Positions 50,875-63,190 of a stretch of DNA of 64,000 nt are shown here, piece after piece. The DNA is from Vicugna vicugna (taxonomy: Eukaryota). The translations under genes were made by a program, and so were the position numbers. The first letter of the stretch is position 1, and every line of letters begins with the position of its first letter. The notes below the pieces were generated by a model, which ran no database searches, was not told the origin of the DNA, and saw only the letters and a program-made list of their open reading frames with translations. The stretch is from contig MU058065.1 of assembly GCA_013265495.1 (NCBI GenBank), positions 8,907,819 to 8,971,818 of the forward strand, written 5' to 3'.

Positions 50875-52150
50875 GATCTCACAAATGCAGCAGTGAACAT
50901 ATCTTTTCAAGTTAGTGTTTTTATTTTCTCTAATAAATACCCAGAAGTGGGATTGCTGGATCATATGGTAGTTCTGTTTTTAAATTTTTTGAGTAACCTT
51001 TGTACTGTTTTCTAATGCCATCAATTTTAATTACTATAAGTTTGTAATGTAGTTTGACATCAGGGAGTGTGATGCGTCTACCTTTGTTTTTCTTTTTCAA
51101 GATTGTTTTAGCTATTGGGGTCTTTTTTTGTTCCATACAAATTTTGGAATTCTTTTTTTCTATTTCTGTGAAAAATATCATTGGACTTTTTATAGGGATT
51201 GCATTGAATCTGTGTGTTACTTTGGGTAGCATAGACATTGTGACAGTATTCCAGTCCATGAGCAGGAAATATTTTTCTGTTTGTGACTTTTTCTGTTTCT
51301 TTCATTAATGTCTTGTAGTTTTCACTGCATAGGTCTTTTTGCTCCTTGGTTAAATTTATTATTAGATGTTGTATTCTTTTTGCTGCATTGCAAATGGGTT
51401 TTTTTCCCTTAATTTCTCTTGGTAGTTTATTAGTGTATAGAAATGCAACAGATTTTTGTGTATTGATTTTACTGAATTCATTTGTCCTAACAGTTTTTTG
51501 ATGGAGCCTTTAGAGTTTTCCATTTATAAAATCATGTCATCTGCAAATAATGACAGTTTTACTTTTTCCTTTCCAATTTGGATTTCTCTTATTTATTTTT
51601 ATTGTGTGATTGCTGTGTGTAGGACTTCCAATACTCTGTTGAATAAAAATGATGAGAGTTGGCATGCTGTTCTGTTCCTGATCTTAGAGGAAAAGATCTT
51701 TCAGCTTTTCACCATTAAATATGATGTTCACTGTGGACTTAGCATATATGGCCTTTATTATGTGAGGTACATTCCCTCTATACCCACTTTGTTGAGAGTT
51801 TTTATCATAAATGAATGTTGAAGTTTGTCAGATGCTTTTTCTGTGTCTATTGAAATGATCGTATGATTTTTATCTTTCATTTTGTTAATTTGGTGTATCT
51901 CATTGACTGATTTGTGGATGTTGAACCATCCTTGCATCCCTGGAATAAATCCTACTTGATCGTGGTATATGATCCTTTTAATGAATTGCTGAATTCGGTT
52001 TGCTAATATCTTGTTAAGAATTTTTGCATCTATGTTTGTTAGGTATGTGGGCCTATAATTTTCTTTTTTGTGTGTGTGATATCTTTATCTGGTTTTGGAA
52101 TCAGAGTGATGGTGGCCTTGTAAAATGAGTTTGGAAGAGTTCCTCCCTTT
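50600..52150 (-). mobile_element. L1MA-like LINE-1 fragment: degraded ORF2 plus 3' UTR, internally deleted
   Basis: Minus-strand ORF 50930-51259 gives LPKVTHRFNAIPIK...ITLPDVKLHYK...ELPYDPAIPLLGIY, typical L1 ORF2p motifs. RT-region DNA (ttgaaccatccttgcatccctggaataaatcctacttgatc) is near 51920. Confidence 0.92.
50833..50870. repeat. (TG)19 microsatellite inside the L1
   Basis: Perfect dinucleotide run read directly from the sequence. Confidence 0.95.
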
Positions 52151-53139
52151 CCAGATACAGAAGAGGCATTTTTCAGTCCTTTTGTTTGCTTTCTCTAAAT
52201 GTCCATTAGCTACACTCAATTTATTAAAACCTTTATAAATCCTGACTTTTCATAGAGCTCAAAGTTAGGGGTTTTCATTAATCCTATTTATTTGTAACAG
52301 TTCTATGACCTAAAACTTTATTATCCCCAAATGAGTGTGTCATTGTTCACATTTGCACTTGTTTTTGGATAAAAATTTTTTTGGTAACCTACAGAACTGG
52401 ATTGATTCGGTGATGAAAAGATGAAACAGTCTGTCCTCATCTAGAGCTATTTACAGTTGTCCTTGTATACTTTTGACTTTTAGTTTAATGATGATGTTAA
52501 ATATAAGCAAAATCACAAAAATATCCCATGTATACTGGACTGTGAAGAAACACAATTCTGCTATTAAAATGTATCTAAAAAATAACTTCTGCCTGTCCCA
52601 ATGCCCTTATTTGGCAGGTTAGCAGTAAATGTATGCATTTTCCACGTGTTCTCCTTTTCTTCCAGAATTGTTTTTGTAATGTAGAATGATCCAAGAGTGG
52701 TCAAATAGTCCATTTTGTCTATAAAGTTGTTTTCTCACTTTTGTGGCTGTAAGAAAGTAGCCAAGACGTTTCTGGTCTCTAGGTTTCCACTTCAGTATTG
52801 TGCTGTTGTACTTGGTTGTACTCTGTTGTACTTAGTTACCAAACAATTTTTCAACCCCTCTGTGTACCAGGAATTTTGTTTTCTTCCTGTATGTGTTTCC
52901 TCCTCTTTTCTGGTGCTATATGTAGGTCCCCCACCAATGTCCAAGATTAGATCCCTCTATATAAATAAATAGATATATAAAACCTTCAAAATTATTTTTC
53001 CTTTCTTTCTGTTAAGAACCAGTTATCCCTCAGTATTTATTAATTTTTGTTTAAACAGCATGCTAACAATTAGTGCAAGATATTTAGCCTATTTCATTTG
53101 ATGGAGTGGCTCAGATTTTATATAAATTAACCTTAGCAT

Positions 53140-55250
53140 TATTATTCATTCATGAATTAGTTCTTCATTCAAGCAATATATATATATATATTATTGTCTA
53201 TGATGTGCCAGAAACTTCAAAGTGTTTAGGATGTGCAGTGGTTAATGATTCAGCTCTTGGTGTTTATAATGTAAAGAGGTCTGCAGATATTGAATAAATA
53301 ATTACTAAAGTAATTAAATGGTGATAAGTGATTTGTTCATACTAATACATGTACATGAGTTCATTTTAACTGTTGTAAGGGAGATGAAATGATATAAACT
53401 GTATGATACCATTTTTATATACCCTTAACAGACTTTATGAGACAAGTATACAGTGTGGTTAAAGTATAAGAACATGCAGGCCAGTCTTCACTACAGCTGA
53501 GCTCTTGGAAGAAAGGGAGTGGATACAGGGGGAATATTTAGCTATATGTTTAATATTTTATTTACTTAGAAAATTCTAAGCAAATATGATGGTAATAAAT
53601 GGTAGGAAGGTACAGAATGCTGGGAGAGGGTATAACAAGAAGACCTCATTTTATCAGTGAATAGGTGTGGTGAATTTTCCATGAAAGGTGATAGTTAAAT
53701 TTTGAATGAGTTAGAGGAAGGGTGGAGTAGGACTGATAGGATAGCCTGGCTTGAATTCCCCAGGACAGGAAGGAGTTCAGTACATTTGAGAAGGTGAAAG
53801 AAAGCAAATGTGACGAGAGAAGAGTGAGGCAAGGTAAATGGAGACTGGATGAGTTTTAGAGAGAAGATCACATTATGTAGGGTAGGCTTGCTCATATTTT
53901 AATGTGCATCCTAATTGTTAGTGTGCTGTAATTTTAGAGTGGAGATTCGTAAAGCCCAGCCCCAAAGATTGATTTTAAAATCTGCATGTTTAATAAGCAC
54001 CCTGGGTGTTTCTGCTGCTGGTAGTCCACTGAACATAGTTTGGGAAATATTTAGGTACGGTTTTATATGCCATGTCAAGAGTTTTAGACTATTCAAAGTG
54101 CAACTGGAAACTTGGAGGCTTTTAAGAAGAGGAATAACATGATTTGGTTTTTAAACACTGCTCTGTGGAGGACAGATTAGAGGGAGACTAAAGTTGAAGT
54201 TCTGGGTCTGAAATGAGATACAGTGGCTTAGAATAGGGTTTCAAGGTGCGAAAAGTAAACAGATGTGAGTTAAAGAGATGAAATTGGTAGCACTTGGTAA
54301 TAGTATTTGGTGGGTGAAAAAGTATGAGATATCAAGTTGACTACCAGGTTTTTGGTGGGAACAATAGAGCAGATGCACCTGCATTTACTATGATAAACAC
54401 TGGAGAAGCAAACCTTGAAAGTGCAGAAAGAAATTAATTTTGATTGTAACAATTAAGAGTCTGCTTGACTGTTGATAATTAATAAACAGTGATTTAGACA
54501 AATGGGACTATTTTTCTAATATAACAAGTCTAGGATAGACAATCCAGGATGAGTGCCATCAGTAAGGTACACTTCTGCTCCAGCCAGCCTTATTGTGTGT
54601 GTGTTAGACTTCATGTCTGTCGCCTGGTAGCTGCATGATAGCGGTTCCACTTTTGGCCTCACTTGTATGATAGAAGTGGAAGAAGAAATAGTGACACCTA
54701 AATCAGGTAAAAGAAGTTTCCCAGAAGCCCATCAGACACTCAGATGTAAGGGAATTGAGGGAAATATATTTCAGTTGGGCACATTACTACCCCTAACAAA
54801 TAGAGATTCCAGTAGCATGGACAGGGGTAGGGAATGGATAATGGGGTAGGCAGTTAACAATGTGTGAAAGCTAATGTCTTTTTGACATGTCTATATATGT
54901 GAGATATTTAAGTAGTGACGTTCACTAAGTGTCAATTTACAGGCCTAGAATTCAGGAGAGAGGTCTAAGCTGGAGATAGAATTTTGTGAGTGGTCAGCAT
55001 GGAGAGACGATTCAAAGCTGTGGAGAGGTATGTGAGATTGCCCCAGGAGACAGTGTGGAATGAGAAGGAATCCTAAGGAACTCCCATTTTAAAAGTAGGA
55101 TAGAGAAGTAGGGCTCTTACTTAGGAAAAATGGCCAGAGAAGAGAAAATCCAGCATAGTATAGTATCAGAAGTCAAGGAAAGAGTATTTGAGGAAGTTTT
55201 GAACAATCAGTCGTACCAAAGCAGTTAACTGTTAAGATGAGGAGTGTCCG
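53140..55250 (-). mobile_element. Fragmented L2 LINE interrupted by a MER5-like piece (~53930-54045) and an MLT1-like LTR
   Basis: attcattcatgaattagttcttcattcaagc...tatgatgtgccag (L2 3' end, reverse strand) and purine-rich L2 body (aattcaggagagaggtctaagctggagatagaattttg). Confidence 0.6.
54470..54866. mobile_element. MLT1-like (ERVL-MaLR) solo LTR, degraded
   Basis: tttcccagaagccc... and terminal gaatggataatggggtaggcagttaacaatgtgtg resemble MLT1J/K LTRs. Confidence 0.5.
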
Positions 55251-57744
55251 TTTACATGATGTCCTTCCTAATTTTCTTTCTTTTGTTATTAAAATACCTT
55301 TTTATTTAGTAAATGATAATAGTAGATGGTAAAGTTGTCTCTATTGTTTGCACTCAGAAAATAAAATATTTGTAGCCCATATTGGTAACCTCCCCACCTT
55401 TTAAGAAAATTTTATTGGCTTTGAGATTTTAAGGTCAGAAAATTATTAGAGCAGGTTTGGCTGCTGATAGAAAAGATCCAGTACAGAAGGAAAGGTTGAA
55501 GTAGATGAGAGGGAGAGGAAAAGGCCAATCCTAAGTGCGGTCCCTGGAAGGAGATGGAGCTCTCAGCACAAGTGGAGGATTAGGTTTGATGGGAGGAGGA
55601 GCATCTCCTGCAATAAAGGAGAACGTGGAGAGGCAGGCAGGTGGGTTTGCAGACATAGTAGGAGGCGGAGTTTCTGTCCATTGGCTTCCATTTTCCTGAA
55701 TAATATGAAAGAAGGCTTTCTGCTAAGAATGAGGTGTGGCTTAGAGTGAGGCTATGAGGTTTCAGGGCATAGAGAGGATAGGAAATGTTCGTTCTTGGAG
55801 AGTGGGAGAGCTGAGGGAAACATGGCAACACTGTTAGAATACTGTTGAGGTTGGTAACCATGGATTTATAGTGATGACAATCTGTTCTGTTGTACCCCCA
55901 CTCCCAGCCCATGCTGCATCCCAAATTTGGGGTTAGGAACTGCAGAAAATCAGGCAGAGGATTTTAGAGCATTTATCAGAAAGTGATTTTAACAGTAGGT
56001 TTTGAAGTCTCCTTTAGATACTTCCTATGTAGAAGACATGCTTTTAGTCTTTTAGACCTAAAAGGTCTTATCTCTTTTAGAATTTGGTTCTACTTAAAAG
56101 ATTTTTCAAATAATACAGATTCCACTAACAAGTGAGTTCTGTGTATCATTTTGCCCTGTCCGTCCTCCTCCTTGCTTCACAGAGTAAAATATTACCAGTA
56201 ATTATAAATGTTTAAATGTAGATAGGTTAAGCCATCTCACAATAAGGCCTATATATATTTTTTCCCCTCAAGTGTCACATTTCTTTATTTTTGAGGATCT
56301 TAAAAATATCCTATCCTATTATATCCTGGAGGAATGTGTTCTCCTAACTTGAATAGTAATCAAATTAGAATGTCTGTGAAAGCATGTTGAAAAGTACAGA
56401 GCACTAGAGAAACATATTGTTAATGTACCTGTTCTCTGTATGTTGTCCACAAAGCACGCATGTTGGACTTTTCACAGTACACTGTGAAATGAACGTTGAA
56501 GAATGTAGAGAATTAAGTATGGCTCTCTGGAAACCGATGAAAATGAGAGAGATTTTTTTTCCCCTAAAGTCAAAGCAGTCAGTAAGGACGCATTGTGGTT
56601 TGAATAACTATGGAGTACTCACGTGCCCGAGCCTTGCTTTGTTGGAGTGGTATTCAGGAAATTCAAAGGAGAGACAGGTCCTTTAACTCTAAACTGAAAT
56701 CATTCTGCCTCTATTGCAGCTGAAACTTTGTTTTGTTTTTCATCGGAAAGAGAACTCTACCTCTTTCAGGGACCTTGTTGGTATTTCTTTATTTTCAATT
56801 TTTACCGGACAGTGTGGTCTCTCCTTAATTTCAGTGGTCCTGATGCTGGTTTTTTTAAAGTAATATGAACAAGCATCTGGTGACCAATTTCTTTTTCTGT
56901 CTTATTCTTTGCTTTTAGCTTCTTTAACTCTTTTGGGTTTTATGTACTTGTTTTTTAGTTAATAATAATTGTAAAAAATCATGACACTTTATCACGGCAG
57001 CAGTGTGGTACCTTGTTCTCTATCTGAACACTAGTGTATGTTAACTAGTCTTTATAGAACTTTATAACTATTTGTTTGTATGGGAGAGGGAAGAGAACCA
57101 GGGAGACAGTGAATACAAAACTTCAGTGGTTGTCAGGGCAGTGCAGATACTCTTAGGTCTGCCACATGAAAGATACACTTTTGTCCTTCAGAGGAATAGC
57201 TGCCTTTGCCCTTACTCATTTCTGTTGTTCTCGTATTTGCTGCTTGCTTCTTAATTAGAGTGCTGTTTGTCAGCCCACACAAAGATGAACGTTGTTAGCT
57301 ACCTTTATTCTGGGATATAAAAAGAGGGTTGCTTATGAGCCCATTGGTATCTTTTTAGAACATTCATTGCATTTTCCAGAATAACATGAGCCGCTGAGAT
57401 AAGAAGTTTATTTGCTGCCAATGCTGTAGCATTCGTGCTTCCTTTATTCACATTAACCCAAAACTCACATTTCATTTTTAGAGACTTAAACATAAAGAAT
57501 GAAGACATCTTTTTTTAACCCCTGTGGCATTCATATGCTGAATTGAATGACTTGTTCCTTTATTTTCTGTTAAAAAAAAACCCTTGGTTAGCACCTCAGT
57601 AGAAAATTAGTATCTCTGATTTCCCTATAAATTGTTTCTTAGTTGTTTTCTGGCTCCCCATCACAACATAGTTTAGTCTTGGTACTGTATTGGTGAGGAA
57701 ATCTAATCTCAGGTTTACTTAGAAAATCTCTTGGCCCAGTAGAC

Positions 57745-57955
57745 ACTGAGTAGTGGCTGAGAACACTGACACTGGCGTCAGGCAGACTGGGTCTGAGCCC
57801 TCATTCTGCCTCTTACCGGCACGATTACCTTGCTCAAGTTAATTAAAACATGCTAGCCTTCAGTTTCCTATCCTTTGAATAATAACAGGGATAACAATAC
57901 TTAAAGCACTTATTTCAGTCAAGGGAGAATAGGTGCTACATATTAGCTATTTTGT
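57745..57955 (+). mobile_element. MIR SINE
   Basis: ctggcgtcaggcagactgggtctgagccctcattctgcctcttacc...accttgctcaagttaatt...cttcagtttcct. Confidence 0.7.
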
Positions 57956-58366
57956 TGTAAATAATATATAACTTAAATTATTTTGTCTTCGTGGGTTGTT
58001 AGATTTCTTTGATATAATTGTGACTTCTTAGTTTAAGAGTGAGTAAAATTGTTTCAAATTAATCTACTCATTGTGAAATTTTGAAAATGGTATGCTTAAG
58101 AGAGTTTATTGCTTAGCTGATCAAGAGCAGAATGCAGTGTTTGGAGCTGCCATTTTGAGGTTGTATTTTATAAGTGAAATTCCTGTACTCTTTTAGAGTA
58201 AAATTTACTGTTTGATTTAATTCTTCTCTATTAAAATTACAGCATGAGAACATCCTTCATTTGTGTAAAAATGTGGTCATGAAATTGCTGAACTGTTACT
58301 CCTATAAAGGATTTTCTTTAATCCTCTGATCATGTCAGATGGCTTAGTCTTTTCTATATATAGTAA

Positions 58367-58513
58367 CAGTCATCCCTAGGTATCTTCGGAGATTGGTTTC
58401 AGGACCCCTCCCCCTCCCACCGCTGCAGATATTAAAATCTAAGGATGCTCAAGTCCCTTACAGTCAGCCCTCTGTATCCATGTGCAAAACCCATGGATAT
58501 GGAAGGCCAACTA
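58367..58513. mobile_element. MER2-like TcMar-Tigger MITE, internally deleted
   Basis: cagtcatccctaggtatc...gattggtttcaggacccc...aaaatctaaggatgctcaagtccctta...ggatatggaaggccaacta, with inverted ends. Confidence 0.75.
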
Positions 58514-60315
58514 TACAGTAATAATTGTGTCTGAATAAGTAATTGGAAGCTTAGGGACATGTAGCCTCATACTCACACTGTCTAATCCTAAAAGAACTAT
58601 AATTTTGTTTTACCCATCCATATGAATGTTAAATAAACTCAGGAGTAAGAAAAAGAGGGAATATTTTTGATCACATACGCACACTGGCTTATATTTCTAA
58701 CCTTGTCCACAAGCGATTACATTTGCTGGAGTTTTTCTACAGCTGCACTATAGTAGACTTGTATTTTTTCAACCTGACCGTAAGAAAAATATTTATGAAA
58801 GAAAGCAGAAAATTTATTTTCATTTTGAGGCTATAAAAGGCCAAGTTGGAGCGAAGCTTTTAAAACAAAATTGGATCTGGAACGATGATGGTTTATTTAA
58901 CAGATGAAGAAGAGTATCTGTTTCACAGCAACAGATACTGTAGTGAGCTAGAAACGAGAGAGCAGCTTACGTCAAACTGGACGCGGCAGGAACAGAAGGA
59001 TGGTTTTTCAGTTACCTGCTTTTTTTCATTAAAACTTTTTCCAAAAGGATGAATTAGTCTTTGTATGAAGACAGAAAGTAGTGATGAAAAACAAGGCAAA
59101 CCACAGTTTTGTCGTTGGTGATAGCGTTGGAAATAAAATACTTGGAGAAAAGTGTCAAGCCTGTGTGTGGGAGTATATCAGTCTCCCTCCCCCCACTTCA
59201 TCTCTCTCCTCCTCTTCCTTCTGCACTCCTTCCCTCCCATATATCCTTCCTTCTTTCCTTCTAATATCTAGCAAAGGATCTTTATGGATTAGAGCTAAAT
59301 TGCTATTTAGTCTTTTACTTTTCTTCTATCCTTTGGATAACAGTCTGAGCTCTATCAAGGACTCACATCTTCATGGTCTAGTTGTACAAGACTGGGAATG
59401 TATCCCAGCTACGTTACTAATTCATTATGTTATATGACCTTGAAATATAACATAACCTTAGTGGTAGTAATAAATTAAATATAATTATATTTTACAACCA
59501 GCCTGTCAGAGATATTTTAAAATAGTTATAATTTTTAAAATGTTAAATTTTTCAAGGTCATTCACTATATAAATACAAAGTGGTGTGATTATGTAATCCT
59601 AAGAATTGCTACTTGTACAGAATTAGGGTATTTGGAAGGAAGACACAAAAGCTATACAATTCAACTTTAAAACATGTTCAATTGAATAGGAGAATGATAA
59701 GACTGAAAAGTTAGGAATGCCATATTTTAGACTTGTAAAATTGATAGAATCTTTAACTGCTTTTACCTTTTTTGGGAAAAATGTATGATTCTGATATGCC
59801 AGGCATGCTAGTGTTAAATGAACTCATGTGAACTGTGACATTTTTGTTCCACTGTTGTTACAACTGTACAATCTAAAATAAGGTGGTCTGGTTCTGGCAG
59901 GTTCTGATAAAGAGATTTAATAATGAAAATGTAGTACTGGAAAATCTGCAATGTGAAAGGAGAACTTAACATTTAATTTATAAATTTTTAGTGGCTACCT
60001 GCCCAAATGAAGTTTCTCTTTGCCGGGGTGGGGGTAGGCATGCATTAAACATCAGATTCCTTCATTTAAATGGGCTACTGTTCTGCTGTGTTTGCTTGCT
60101 TGCTTTGTACTGAGGATTGAGTCATCAAAACACAGGTTCCATGCCTCTGGCAGTTAGTTAACACATTGTTTTCTGGACCCTGGCCTTCTTGACAGATATT
60201 TTTAAATTAACGTAACTGAAGTATCCATTGGGGAATTAGGAGAATGAGCCTTGATCAATGGTTAGCACACCTACATCCTTTACAAGAGTTGGCTTGGAGT
60301 TGGATGAGTCATCTT

Positions 60316-60526
60316 TTTTTTTTTTGAATTGAAGTATAGTCAATTACAAGGTATCAATTTCTGGTGTACAGCATAATATTTCAGTCATACGTATACATAC
60401 ATATATTTGTTTCCATATTCTTTTTCATTATAAGTTACTATAAGATACTGAATATAGTTCCCTGAGCTATACAGAAGAAATTTGATTTTTAAATCTGTTT
60501 TATATATAGTAGTTAATATTAGCAAT
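60316..60526 (-). mobile_element. 5'-truncated lineage-specific L1 3' end with 13-bp TSD
   Basis: Poly(T) then gaattgaagtatagtcaattacaaggtatcaatttctggtgtacagcataatatttcagtcatac. TSD gatgagtcatctt at 60303-60315 and 60527-60539. Confidence 0.88.
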
Positions 60527-62007
60527 GATGAGTCATCTTACAGGTTGCTCTCCTCCTTCAGTTTGGTTTGTCATGGTAGTCATTCCAGAGGGTGTGTCAG
60601 TTTTGGAAATATTTATGGAACTCTTTTAACAAACCAGGAAGTGGACTGTCCCTAAGTGAAAATAACACTCCATCTGCCGTCTCAAAACTGTTAAAATGTT
60701 CCATTTTCTTTCTTGGCATTCTACACATAGCTCTTTTCTTGATTTATGCAAACCTTAATATGGGTGGCTGTTTGCTATAGTAAAGAGGCATTTGTAGTTT
60801 GAGTTTTAAATGGTGCTTTGTGCTGCCTCCTAGTGTTTTTCTGTCTTGGAGTGAATGACACTCATTTTATATTTCTCTCTCTGAGCTGAAACATGCTTGT
60901 GAATTAAGTATTGGTATACCCTCAAGAAACTCATTATACTCTAAAAGCAGCCTTTCTTGGGCCTTATTAATAAGGTTATCTTTTAGCACTTTGGAAATAC
61001 TAAGTAAGTGTCTAAGTGATACTATGTGTAATGAAATCTTTTCAAACTTGCTTGGTCTAAATTCAGAATTTTAAAAGGAGATATAGTTCATGCACATAGT
61101 TATTGAAGTAGGTCACGGATTTATTGTTTAGAAGGGCAGTGTACTTTAAAGAGTAAGAATTATGGGTAGTTAATGGATCAGTGGTGTGCACATTGGAATT
61201 CTGGATTTCTCTTGAGTAGTGGGGGAGACAAGAAACAAGCCAATATACCATGTGTGATAGTGCCCTAGTGAGGCCTGTGTAATAGAAAGAGATGACTTCT
61301 GATTTAAGAGATTGGTGTCGAGCTCACAGAGGAGGGGTTGAGAATAACACTGCAGGGAGAAAGGGGTGGGGGAAAGATGCTTTCAGGGAATAAATAGGAT
61401 GTACTGTGGTTTAGTAGGAACGGAAGGTATCTAATTGGTGACTCCTTGGCACGTGCTGTCACAAAGCCCTATGTGGGTAACCGGCAGCAAGCCCCATGGG
61501 TAGTGAATGCTGGAGGGGATGCCTGGGGAAGGGGCTTTCAGGCTAGCCCTTGAGGGAAGGGAAAGATTTGATTAGGAATCTAGGTGTTCCCAAAAGGAGA
61601 GAAAGAGAGCAAAGGCACTAAGATAAAAACAAGGACAGTAAGTAAGATCAATTTTACTCTGTTGAGGTTAAGAGAGAGAGAAGTTAACCACACTGAAGGA
61701 TCTTGAATGCAAGGCTAATGAATTTAAATTTTATCAGGAGTGAACTGAGTGTTTTTTTTTTAATGGATCAGCTGAGAAACCTTTAGTGATCAGAGCAATG
61801 TTTCGTAAAGATGATGAGACATATGTGGAGAAGTTTTGGAGGGTAGAAGAACGATTAGAAGGAGAAGCACGTTAGGAGGATTGAATAAATTTCATAATGA
61901 TGTTTGAAGGAGTAAAAGTCAAGGGAGATAGAAGAATTAATAATGATTAGAATTTAACCCCCAAATGGGGGTAGTGATTTGGATATTTGATGCTTTTGGA
62001 GAGAATA

Positions 62008-63190
62008 TTCATTTAGTCAACACATTTTTTAATTGAAATATAATTGACATACAACGCTGTGTAAGTTTAAGGTGTACTGTGTGTTGATTTGAGTCAACCC
62101 ATTTTAATGAGTACATATTATGTGCGGTGGACACTGGGTAATAGTGGGGAAGAGAAAAGACAAGGTCACTGCCTACATGGGCCTTGTGTTTAGTTGAGGA
62201 GACAAGACATGTGTGTGTGTGTTTATGTCAGATAATGATAAGTCCTCTGAAGGAAAGAAGCGAGGCAAAGGATAAGGACTGATGAAAACGAGGGCAGTGT
62301 TTCAGAGTCCTTGGGATAACATTTGAGTAGAGACCTGAATGAAGTGAGGAAGGGAGCCTCCTCAGGACCTGGGGAGAGAGCATCCTGGGCTGTAGCACCA
62401 GGACCAGCAGGAAGGCCGCCGGCTGGAGGGCGCTGCAGGGGGTGGGGCAGTAGGGAATGAGCCGCACAGTGTGACCACTTAGTGTCCTGAAAGCTGTGGT
62501 ACAGAGTTTGGATTTTATTCTGGGTTTGACAGAAAGTTGCCACAATCTGTCTTTTTAAAAGATCCCTGCGGAGTTGAACAGGTGGAACAGCTAGGCAGCT
62601 GCTGCAGGCCTCCAGGAGAGATAAGGTGCTGGCTCAGAGCCTAGGGTAATAATAATGGAGGTGGTGAGAAGTGGTGGAATTCCGTATGTATTTTGGAATA
62701 AATTTGGAGCAAATTTGTTTGAGCTTGATGAGGGTCGTGTGAAATAGAAATAGGAATCCTTATCCCCACGGTCTATGTGGTGGCTTTGTGTGAATTAGAA
62801 AAAGCTACTTCTGCCTCTTGGTGTTTGTGTGAAGAAGGCTCCTTTCTTCCCATAGATGTACCTGGGCACTGGGCACCACAGCTGGGTGAGGGGAGCAGGG
62901 GCTGGGTACCCCCTAATTGGCTGGGCATCCTTGCGGGGAGCTCAGACCTAGGTGATGACTGTTTTTGGCCTGAGCTACTGGGTAATTTGTAGTGTCATCC
63001 CAAAATGAGGGACACTGTAAGAGGAGCTAAGTTGGGGTGAGAGATGGTGGTGGAAATCAAGTTTATTTTGAACAAAAGGCTGAGATGCCTATTAAACATC
63101 CCAGAGGAAATGTCAAGTAAGCGGATGGATATGGATTTTTGGAGGCTGGGTGGGTAGCCATCAGAGCTGCAGAGAGGTTTGCTGTTTTTG
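62008..63190 (-). mobile_element. L2 LINE with a nested ~60-bp L1MA-like 3' tail at ~62031-62091
   Basis: L2 text (ataacatttgagtagagacctgaatgaagtgaggaagggagcc; gagatgcctattaaacatcccagaggaaatgtcaagtaagc). The nested tail is flanked by agtcaacacatttt / agtcaacccatttt. Confidence 0.7.

Noticed and set aside
62380..62480. GC/CpG-rich patch as a promoter
   Set aside because: It is only ~100 bp, lies within L2-derived sequence and is too short for a CpG island.
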